Shown piece by piece: positions 34,131 to 41,992 of a stretch of DNA of 64,000 bases. Both the position numbers and the translations under genes were made by a program. Under the pieces are notes generated by a model. It searched no databases. It saw only the letters and a program-made list of their open reading frames with translations, and was not told the origin of the DNA. This DNA comes from Desulfobaccales bacterium (GTDB taxonomy: Bacteria; Desulfobacterota; Desulfobaccia; Desulfobaccales; 0-14-0-80-60-11). The stretch spans positions 17,632-81,631 of the forward strand of contig JBAVAG010000025.1 of the NCBI GenBank assembly GCA_049585595.1, read 5' to 3'. Numbering within the stretch: position 1 is the first letter of the stretch; every line of letters starts with the position of its first letter.

Positions 34131-35912
34131 TCATCCGGCAATTTTCCGGAGGCGAATGGAAGCCGGCGTCACTTCCACCAATTCATCCTGGTTGATAAAC
34201 TCCATGGCCTGTTCCAGGCTGAACTGTCTGGCGGGGACGAGCCGTAAGGCCTCATCGGTGCCTGCGGCCCGCATATTGGTGAGTTTCTTCTCCTTGGTAA
34301 TGTTCACCATCATATCTTCGGACCGGGTATTCTCCCCGATAATCATGCCCTTATAAACCGGGTCTCCGGGCTTCACGAAAATAGTCCCCCGGGGCTGCAG
34401 GTGAAAGATGGCATAAGCCACCGCCTTCCCGGGCCGGTCGGCGACCAGGACCCCGTTGGGCCGGCCGCTGATCTCACCCATGACCGGAGTGAAGCCCTCC
34501 AGGATGGTGTTCAAGAGCCCGGTGCCCCGGGTATCGTTCAAAAACTGGCCGCGAAAACCGATCAGACCGCGGGAAGGGATTTCAAACTCCAGGCGCACCC
34601 GGCCGAAGCCGTGATTGATCATCTTGACCATCCTTCCGCAACGGGCGCTCATCTGTTCGGTCACAATCCCGATGAACTCCTCGGGGATGTCCACCACGGC
34701 CAGTTCCACCGGCTCTGACAGCACTCCATCCCGCTCCCGGGTAATAACCCTCGGTTTGGACAGAGACAGCTCAAACCCCTCCCGGCGCATCATCTCTATA
34801 AGCACTGCCAGTTGGAGCTCCCCCCGGGCGCTCACCTTGAAGGCGTCCCGGCTTTCCGCCGGCTCCACTCGGATGCTCACGTTGTAAAGAATTTCCTTAT
34901 CGAGGCGCTCCTTGAGGTGGCGGGAAGTGAGCAGCTTGCCTTCCCGGCCGGCCAAAGGAGAGGTATTCACGGAGAAGACCATGGAAATGGTCGGCTCTTC
35001 CACCTTGATAGGGGGCAGCGGCCGCGGGTCCTCGGGATCGCCCAGGGTGTCGCCGATGAAGGCCTGGGGCACCCCGGCCACCGCGGCGATATCCCCGGCC
35101 GCAATCGCCTCCGGCTCGAGGCGGTCCAGTCCCTCGAAACTGTAAAGGACGGTGAGACGGGCCTTCCCGGCGAGGTCCCCTTGTTTCAACAGAGCTACGT
35201 CCTGGCCCCGGCGCAGCGTGCCGCTCACCAGTTTACCTACGGCGATCAGACCCACATAATCGCTGTAATCGAGGCTGGTGACCAGAAACTGCAAGGGAGA
35301 CGACGGCTCAAAGGACGGGGCGGGGATGGCGGAGAGAATGGCGTCAAACAAGGGCGCCAGGTCCCGGCCCTCCCCGGCCGGGTCATTGAGGGCAATGCCG
35401 GCCTTGGCGTTGGTATAGAGCACCGGAAAATCGAGTTGCTCTTCGGTGGCGTCGAGGTCGATGAACAGATCGTAGATCTCGTCCAGAACCTCCTTGACGC
35501 GGCGGTCGGGGCGATCGATCTTGTTGATGACCACGATTACCGGCAGGGCCTTCTCCAGGGCCTTTCCCAGGACAAACCTGGTTTGGGGCAGCGGGCCTTC
35601 GGTGGCGTCCACCAGCAGCATGACCCCTTCCACCATATTCAGGGTGCGTTCCACCTCGCCTCCGAAATCGGCGTGGCCCGGGGTGTCCACGATATTGATC
35701 TTTACCCCTTTATAAGTGATGGCCATGTTCTTGGCCATGATAGTGATACCCTTTTCCCGCTCCAGGTCCAGGCTGTCCAGGACCCGCTCCGCCACCTGCT
35801 CGTTTTCTCGAAAGATGCCGCTTTGCCAGAGCATGGCATCGGCCAGGGTGGTTTTGCCGTGGTCGACGTGGGCGATAATGGCCAGATTTCGCAAATCTTC
35901 ACGAATACGCAT
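34131..35912 (-). CDS. typA: translational GTPase TypA/BipA
   Basis: [33 protein letters not shown]. Start set at MRIREDL. Confidence 0.95.
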   Translation of the reverse strand: MRIREDLRNLAIIAHVDHGKTTLADAMLWQSGIFRENEQVAERVLDSLDLEREKGITIMAKNMAITYKGVKINIVDTPGHADFGGEVERTLNMVEGVMLLVDATEGPLPQTRFVLGKALEKALPVIVVINKIDRPDRRVKEVLDEIYDLFIDLDATEEQLDFPVLYTNAKAGIALNDPAGEGRDLAPLFDAILSAIPAPSFEPSSPLQFLVTSLDYSDYVGLIAVGKLVSGTLRRGQDVALLKQGDLAGKARLTVLYSFEGLDRLEPEAIAAGDIAAVAGVPQAFIGDTLGDPEDPRPLPPIKVEEPTISMVFSVNTSPLAGREGKLLTSRHLKERLDKEILYNVSIRVEPAESRDAFKVSARGELQLAVLIEMMRREGFELSLSKPRVITRERDGVLSEPVELAVVDIPEEFIGIVTEQMSARCGRMVKMINHGFGRVRLEFEIPSRGLIGFRGQFLNDTRGTGLLNTILEGFTPVMGEISGRPNGVLVADRPGKAVAYAIFHLQPRGTIFVKPGDPVYKGMIIGENTRSEDMMVNITKEKKLTNMRAAGTDEALRLVPARQFSLEQAMEFINQDELVEVTPASIRLRKIAG

Positions 35913-36160
35913 GCATATCTCCGGAATAAGAACGGATTTTTGGTTACAGGATCGCCCGGGAGTATGGAGAGGCCTTCCTCTCATCTCGTCAAGGAGGCAG
36001 GATACTCAGCATCCTTAATATTACCGGAAAATTGAGAAAAATGCTGCAACGAGCGGTCCGACAACCCTGGATTTGCCCTTGGCAAATTGGCCTCGTGGGC
36101 CTTCCCCCTCAAGGTATTCCCTTAAAATTCTCATCATGATCTTTTTTGGCGGTTAAGGGG

Positions 36161-36189
36161 TTGACAAAGGAAAACCGGGGGGCTAATCT
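36161..36189 (+). promoter_or_regulatory. sigma70-type promoter of the Mg2+-cluster leader
   Basis: TTGACA (36161-36166), 17-nt spacer, TAATCT (36184-36189). Confidence 0.5.
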
Positions 36190-36368
36190 CACCCCAAGGA
36201 TGCAAATTCAAGAGAGGAGATTCGTCGCTTTATATGGACGACCCTGGCGGTAGTAGCATCATAAGACTGATTAGCAGCGCAGGTCATGGCGATCTGGCGC
36301 TCCGGACAGTCCTCTTGGGGATGCCTATAAGGTAAGCAGGCGCCGTCGGCACCTGACCTTCCTATATA

Positions 36369-36401
36369 CCCCCGTGCAGGCCTGCCCGGGGGTTTCTTTT
36401 T
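36369..36401 (+). terminator. intrinsic terminator inside the 5' leader (attenuator or riboswitch expression platform)
   Basis: CCCCCGTGCAGG-CC-TGCCCGGGGG hairpin followed by TTTCTTTTT. Located about 90 nt upstream of the first ORF of the operon. Confidence 0.6.
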
Positions 36402-36488
36402 CCTGCCACAGGAAAACCCTGCCAGAACCGCTCTTTCCCATGGCGTGAGCTGCGCGTTCCCTCAATTTCGGTAAAGGAGGTGATTGCC

Positions 36489-36848
36489 ATGAATGGAGTA
36501 GTTTCCACCTATGTTCATGCCCTGGAAGGGAGGCTGCGGATCAAACTTCCCGAGATTAAGAGGGCGGCCTTGAAGGCCCGGGAAGTGGAGCGCCATCTTC
36601 ATGGGCTTGCCGGGGTGGAGTCCGTTTCGGCCAATCCCACCACCGGGAACGTGCTGATCCTTTACAACCCTCAAGCCATTGAACAGGAAGAGCTTTTTTT
36701 CTTCCTGATGCAATGGGGATATCTGTCTCCATCCAGGGAAGGGAGCGGGAGGGCCGATTCTCCCTCAGCCCTGGAAAGAACGGCTGCCAGCGTGGCCGCC
36801 ACCATCATGGAGGTCGCCTTCACTCAGTTAATCGGCGCCTTGATCTAA
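36489..36848 (+). CDS. stand-alone HMA_2-like (P-type-ATPase N-terminal-like) domain protein
   Basis: GRLRIKLPEIKRAALKAREVERHLHGLAGVESVSANPTTGNVLILYNP resembles the N-terminal metal-associated-like domain of cation P-type ATPases. AGGAGG lies 7 nt upstream of ATG 36489. Confidence 0.5.
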   Translation: MNGVVSTYVHALEGRLRIKLPEIKRAALKAREVERHLHGLAGVESVSANPTTGNVLILYNPQAIEQEELFFFLMQWGYLSPSREGSGRADSPSALERTAASVAATIMEVAFTQLIGALI

Positions 36849-36901
36849 AGAGGGGTCCATCGGGAAGCGCCGCCGGTTTGGGTTTAACACAGGAGTCGAT
36901 T

Positions 36902-37600
36902 ATGCCCTGGGTAGAATTCTGCTTGAGGCTGGTCTTGGCGCTGATTTTCGGGTGCGTCATCGGCTTCGAAAGGCAACTGCGGCAGCGGCTGGCGGGAATG
37001 CGCACCAACACGCTGGTTTCCGTCGGTTCGGCCTTGTTCGTGTTGATGGGGATGATGACCCCGGGCGACAGCAGCCCCACCCGCATTGCGGGCCAGGTCG
37101 CCTCCGGTATCGGCTTCCTGGGGGCCGGGGTCATCATCTGCCACGGCCTGAATGTCAGGGGTTTGAACACCGCCGCCACCTTGTGGTGCTCCGCGGCCGT
37201 GGGCGTTTTATGCGGGGCAGGATTTAAAACGCAAGCCCTGGTGGGAACTTTCGCAGTCCTGGTGGCCAACATTTTGCTGCGGCCGCTGGCGCAGCGATTC
37301 CCCCGGCATGTGGACAATCGGGCCGAAGGCGAAATGACCTATCGGCTCATAGCCGTCTGTTGAGCCGAAGATGAGCAAAAGATGCGAGCCTTGCTGATGC
37401 AGATGGTTAATGCGAGCCCCTTAATGATCGGCTCGCTCCTCAGCGAAGATACCGACAATCCGGCCAGGGTGGAGATGAGCGCCAAATTGGTCAGCCTTGG
37501 CAACAATCACGCCGCCATGGAGCAGCTCGTCTCCCGCCTCAGCCTCGAGGCTGGGGTCAGCGCCGTAAGTCGGGAAATCGCAGGCCAGGAAGAGATTTAA
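36902..37600 (+). pseudogene. mgtC: MgtC/SapB-family protein with one in-frame TGA at 37361-37363, between the membrane domain and the C-terminal soluble domain
   Basis: GFERQLRQRLAGMRTNTLV...GIGFLGAGVI...RGLNTAATLWCSAAVG, then YRLIAVC-TGA-AEDEQKMRALLMQ...SLLSED...VSRLSLEAGVSAVS, all in one frame (track ORFs 36713-37363 and 37382-37600). Confidence 0.65.
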
Positions 37601-37615
37601 GGAAGGAGGTGAGGC

Positions 37616-37897
37616 ATGAGAATAAAGGACTTGCATGGTATAGAAGGTTTCATCTGGCCTCCCGAATGGGTCGCCAGACTGGGAGGATCTTATGAGAAAT
37701 GGATTTTACAAGAAGTAAAGCTGTATAAGGACCATGATCCGCCTTCTATCTATATCGAGGCTGTATATAAAAGCGATGCTCAAGAAGGTGTAATCTATCT
37801 GGACCCTCATGAGCTTCTTGAGATCCTCTATCAGTTGCTTAATAAAAATATCGGAAAATCCTTAGCAGTGATCGGAGACTTAAAGATAACCTTTTAA
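37616..37897 (+). CDS. hypothetical protein (93 aa), AT-rich
   Basis: GGAGG upstream of the start. About 40% GC versus about 62% in the neighbours. No family recognised. Confidence 0.4.
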   Translation: MRIKDLHGIEGFIWPPEWVARLGGSYEKWILQEVKLYKDHDPPSIYIEAVYKSDAQEGVIYLDPHELLEILYQLLNKNIGKSLAVIGDLKITF

Positions 37898-38032
37898 ATA
37901 TTAACAATATATTAATTGATTAATAGTGAGGCTCAAATAAATATTAATTAAAATGTTGCGGGCTTGCTACTGGATTGATGGAGCGGCTAATATCTCAATC
38001 CGTTCAGCTGACCCAATTTCCCGAGAGTAACC

Positions 38033-39346
38033 ATGTTTTGGCTCAGCAAGGCTATCCACCTCACGAATCGCTTCCGGCGGAGATTGCTCATTTTCCTGGC
38101 GGTGCTGGGACCCGGCATCATCGTGATGGTGGCGGATAACGACGCCGGCGGCATCGCCACCTATGCGGTGACCGGCTCCAAATACGGGTTCTCTCTGCTC
38201 TGGCTGTTCGTCCTGCTGCTCCCCATGGCTTACTATGTCCAGGAAATGACGGTACGCCTGGGATCCGTGACCAAACGGGGACATGCCGAGGCTATCTTTG
38301 ATGGCTTCGGCCCCTTTTGGGGCTGGTTTTCCCTCGGCGACCTGGCCCTGGTTAACTGGTTGACCCTCATCACCGAATATATCGGCATGACTGAAGCTAT
38401 GGCCATGTTCGGCATCCCCCGCTGGATCACCTATATCGGGGTGACCCTTATCCTTTTTGGCGTGGTTATCTCGGGAAAGTATTGGACCTTCGAAAAGGTC
38501 ACCCTGTTTTTCTGTCTCTTTAACCTGGTCTATATCCCCGCGGCCTTTTGGGGGATGAGCATCTCTTACTCTCCGGGATGGGGGAAGGCCATGGAAGGAT
38601 TCATACCCCAGCTCCCCGGCGGCCTCACCGGCGACATGATCTTTATCCTCATGGCGAACGTCGGCACGACCATCGCGCCCTGGATGATCTTTTTTCAGCA
38701 GAGTGCGGTGGTGGATAAGGGCATGGATGTTCACGATATCCCCTACGGCCAGCTTGAGACCTTCCTCGGTTCCATTTCCACCAATGTGGTGGCGGTTTTT
38801 ATCATTCTGACCACCGGGGCGGTGCTCTTTTATCATCATCCACCCATCACCGTGGAAGACGTCAAACAGACCGCCGAAGCCCTGATGCCCCTGATGCCGC
38901 ACGGACAGGGGGACTGGGCCAGGAAACTCTACGCCATCGGCCTTTTTGACGCCGGCTTCCTCGGGTCCCTGTGCATCTCTCTGTCTTCTTCCTGGGCCGT
39001 GGGGGAGGTTTTCGGCTGGGCCCACTCCTTGAACGCTCGGGTCAAGGACGCCATCTGGTTTTATCTGATTTATCTGGGTATGCTCGCCACATCTGGTGCG
39101 GTGGTGCTAATTCCGGGAGCCCCCCTGATCACTATCACCATGTTCGTGCAGGTCATCGCGGTTACTGTGCTGCCGGCAGCCTTAATATTCTTGTTGTTGC
39201 TGTTAAACGACAGGGCCACCATGGGCGACCACGTGAATACGCGGGTGCAAAATATTATGAACTGGTCTATTGTCATCATTGTCTGTGCCGGCTCCACCCT
39301 TTTGGGAATCCAAACGATGTTCCCTATCTGGTTTGGAGGGTCGTAA
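38033..39346 (+). CDS. NRAMP (SLC11)-family transporter of the NRAMP-related Mg2+-transporter type
   Basis: NRAMP fold (GPGIIVMVADNDAGGIATY...). The TM1 motif is D-A-G-G instead of D-P-G-N, and the TM6 motif is G-T-T-I-A-P-W instead of G-A-x-I-M-P-H. Confidence 0.75.
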   Translation: MFWLSKAIHLTNRFRRRLLIFLAVLGPGIIVMVADNDAGGIATYAVTGSKYGFSLLWLFVLLLPMAYYVQEMTVRLGSVTKRGHAEAIFDGFGPFWGWFSLGDLALVNWLTLITEYIGMTEAMAMFGIPRWITYIGVTLILFGVVISGKYWTFEKVTLFFCLFNLVYIPAAFWGMSISYSPGWGKAMEGFIPQLPGGLTGDMIFILMANVGTTIAPWMIFFQQSAVVDKGMDVHDIPYGQLETFLGSISTNVVAVFIILTTGAVLFYHHPPITVEDVKQTAEALMPLMPHGQGDWARKLYAIGLFDAGFLGSLCISLSSSWAVGEVFGWAHSLNARVKDAIWFYLIYLGMLATSGAVVLIPGAPLITITMFVQVIAVTVLPAALIFLLLLLNDRATMGDHVNTRVQNIMNWSIVIIVCAGSTLLGIQTMFPIWFGGS

Positions 39347-40632
39347 TGACAAGCTCTAGACAGCAGGTTTCAGGCCAGGAGCCGCAGGCCAGAAATGGCC
39401 CCTGCCGAATTCTCTTTTTTTCGGAAATGAGCAAGCGGCGGGTTTGCGCCGGGAACATTAAAAATCGTTTGGGGAAGCTCACCGATCTGGTTTTTGCCAT
39501 GGCTGAGCCTTACCCCGAGGCCGCCGGCCTTTACCTGGAGCACGGGTGGAATCAGCCGACGGAATTTATCCCCTGGGATAAGGTGATCAAGATCGATGAC
39601 GACGCCATCTTCGTGGAGCCGCCGGAGGGCGGCAAGTACCCGGCTTTTGTGGACCAGCCCGGATGGATTCTCTTGGATAAGCACTTGATGGGACGCACCA
39701 TAGTGGACCTGGATGGCCGGCGCATTGAAGTGGTTAACGACGTTTCCCTGGTAGAGGCCCGGAGCAAACTTCTCATGGTGGATGTCGACGTCTCTTTCAA
39801 TGGGTTCTGGCGTCGTTGGGGATTGGGCCGGTTGCACCTGGCCAAGAGCCGTTTAATCCCTTGGAAGTACGTCCAACCCTTATCCCTGGAAGATGCGGTA
39901 AACACCGACAAGGTCGCTCTTTCGGTAACCCGCCAGCATTTGGTCGAATTGCCCAGCGAGGACCTGGCGGATGTCTTGGAAGAACTTTCCCGCCATGAAC
40001 AGGAAGCAGTCTTTTCGGCTCTCGATTCAGAGAAGGCCGCGGAAACCTTACTGGAGGTGGAACCCAGGGCTCAACGCCAAATCATCACCCATCTGCGGGA
40101 GGAGCATGCCAAGTCCATTTTCTCGGAAATGACGGTGCCGCAGCTGGCCAATATCTTCTCCATCCTGCCCCACGACGATGTGCAGGACCTGATAAAGGTG
40201 CTCGAACCGGAAACGGCGAAGCGGGTGCAAGCCATTCTCTCGGAACAGGAAACCAGAGCCAGGAGCCTCATGTCCCCTGATTTTTGGGCCAAACCCCCCG
40301 ACGCCAAGGTGGGAGAGGTGGTGGAGGAAATTAGGCGCTCAAGAAGCGAGCCCCACCAGATATCTTATATTTTTGTGGTAGACCAGGATAAGACCCTTTT
40401 GGGGGTGGTGGACTTGCGGGAATTGGTCGTCACCGGGGATGAGAAGAGTTTAAAGGAGATCATGGCCTCACCGGTGGTCCCTGCCGAAGAGAGTGACTTG
40501 CGGGAAGACGTGGCTCAGATTTTTGCCAAATACCACTTTCGCATGCTCCCGGTAGTCGATAGTGCGGACCATATCCTGGGAGTCATCTATTATCAGGACA
40601 TCATGAAAGATTTGGTAATCCGCGTGGCTTAA
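39346..40632 (+). CDS. soluble PRC-barrel / MgtE_N / CBS-pair protein (the MgtE cytoplasmic sensor part without the membrane domain)
   Basis: ATG overlaps the stop of the NRAMP gene (TAATG). Contains the MgtE_N-like helical region LPSEDLADVLEEL..EAVFSAL..AAETL and a C-terminal CBS pair. No TM segments. Confidence 0.7.
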   Translation: MTSSRQQVSGQEPQARNGPCRILFFSEMSKRRVCAGNIKNRLGKLTDLVFAMAEPYPEAAGLYLEHGWNQPTEFIPWDKVIKIDDDAIFVEPPEGGKYPAFVDQPGWILLDKHLMGRTIVDLDGRRIEVVNDVSLVEARSKLLMVDVDVSFNGFWRRWGLGRLHLAKSRLIPWKYVQPLSLEDAVNTDKVALSVTRQHLVELPSEDLADVLEELSRHEQEAVFSALDSEKAAETLLEVEPRAQRQIITHLREEHAKSIFSEMTVPQLANIFSILPHDDVQDLIKVLEPETAKRVQAILSEQETRARSLMSPDFWAKPPDAKVGEVVEEIRRSRSEPHQISYIFVVDQDKTLLGVVDLRELVVTGDEKSLKEIMASPVVPAEESDLREDVAQIFAKYHFRMLPVVDSADHILGVIYYQDIMKDLVIRVA

Positions 40633-40642
40633 GGAGGGGAAA

Positions 40643-40756
40643 ATGCCTCGGGTACAAATGACTCGCACGACTAAGATAGCTCTATATTTCTTAAGGGCCT
40701 ACTTAATATTGTTGGTAATCCTGGTTTTGGTGAGATTCTTAAAGGGTTTTGGTTGA
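40643..40756 (+). CDS. putative 37-aa membrane peptide
   Basis: AAGGAGGGG lies 6 nt upstream. MPRVQMTRTTKIALYFLRAYLILLVILVLVRFLKGFG has one TM helix. Confidence 0.35.
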   Translation: MPRVQMTRTTKIALYFLRAYLILLVILVLVRFLKGFG

Positions 40757-40941
40757 AGATTAATTTTTCGGTGGAGGCCTAGCTATTAATCTCCCAACCC
40801 CTCAAGTCTTCCTGCGCCGGGGCGCCCGACTCCGGCGCAGGAAGCCAGAATACTGTCAACTTCCAGGGAATTCGCGAATAAGCAAATGGGGGTGAAGGCC
40901 AGGGCGCTTGGGCCTGGGCTAACCCTGCCCCCGTCCCGGCT

Positions 40942-41967
40942 TCAGGACGGTGGGGCTCCATAGAGCTTATGCAGTTCGAGATTCACTTCCAGCACGTTCA
41001 CCAACTTCTCCCCCACCAGCCCTTCCCAGGGCGCCGAAGCGTTTTTCTGCAGGATCTGTTCGATCTCCTTCCGCACCTCTTCCGGCGGGCGTTTTAGGTC
41101 GGCGGCCCATTTGGAGGCCACCCGCTCGAGCTGAAACTCGGCGTTCTGAAGCGAGATATGCGGATCGAGCCCGGAGGCGGAAGCGGTAACCAAATCTCCG
41201 GGGAGGTCCTGCAAGTCCACATCCGGGTGGTCCTCACGCCACATCAAGAAGAAAATCGACTGAATGTCCGAGCCCTCACTGACCGGTTCCACCACCTTTT
41301 CCTCCTTGCCGCCGGCTCCCTTGTGGGTGACGATGGAGGGGAACTTTCCGGGGTAGGTCGCGGAGAAGTTCTTGAAGAACACCATGGCCAGGTCTGCTGC
41401 CTGGGGCTTCGGGGTGTCGGGGTTGTCCTTGATAAACTGGGCCACCACCTCGGGATGCGTCTTGGCCCAATTATCGACGTAGGCGGTGTTCATCGGGTCC
41501 GCCTTCACCCAGGCCTGGGCCAGGGAGTTGTGCTGGTCCGCCCATTGGTCCACCAGGTGCGGTTTGCCCGAGTAGGTATCCTGCTGGAACCATTTTTCCA
41601 CATCCGGCGCCACCGGCTTTCCGTTATTAGCCCCGCCGCGGTAGGTCACCAGGGGGCCCAGGGTGCGGGCCACCCGGTCGCGCAGTGCATAGTTGGAGGC
41701 CGCCAGGGCTGACGAAGCCGAGGCCGAGGCGTCGTAGGACGCGGCCGAAGGCCGGGGCTGAAAGTATTCGTCCTTGGTAAACGGCTGGGCGATGAGCCTC
41801 GAGCCCACCGGTTTGCCGTCAGGGCCCGGCACCAGGCTGCCGTTGGCCTGGAAGGGAAAGAAGACCTGTCCCACCACCAATACCGCCAATGGGTAAATGA
41901 CGCAGACGAGGAGCACCGAGACGCACAACAACAGGATGCTCTTGGAAAGAATTTGCCGCATGTTCAT
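40942..41967 (-). CDS. kdpC: KdpC, long form (341 aa, with an insertion of about 150 aa)
   Basis: N-terminal TM helix plus FQANGSL and C-terminal [15 protein letters not shown] are KdpC hallmarks. A large Trp/Asp-rich insertion separates them. Confidence 0.8.
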   Translation of the reverse strand: MNMRQILSKSILLLCVSVLLVCVIYPLAVLVVGQVFFPFQANGSLVPGPDGKPVGSRLIAQPFTKDEYFQPRPSAASYDASASASSALAASNYALRDRVARTLGPLVTYRGGANNGKPVAPDVEKWFQQDTYSGKPHLVDQWADQHNSLAQAWVKADPMNTAYVDNWAKTHPEVVAQFIKDNPDTPKPQAADLAMVFFKNFSATYPGKFPSIVTHKGAGGKEEKVVEPVSEGSDIQSIFFLMWREDHPDVDLQDLPGDLVTASASGLDPHISLQNAEFQLERVASKWAADLKRPPEEVRKEIEQILQKNASAPWEGLVGEKLVNVLEVNLELHKLYGAPPS

Positions 41968-41992
41968 GCCTCCTTGAACCAGGTAAGCTCAG

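Noticed and set aside
36190-36370. Calling the leader an M-box (ykoK) Mg2+ riboswitch.
   Set aside because: Only weak partial matches to the consensus as remembered, and the core motifs were not found. It is kept as an unclassified candidate leader.
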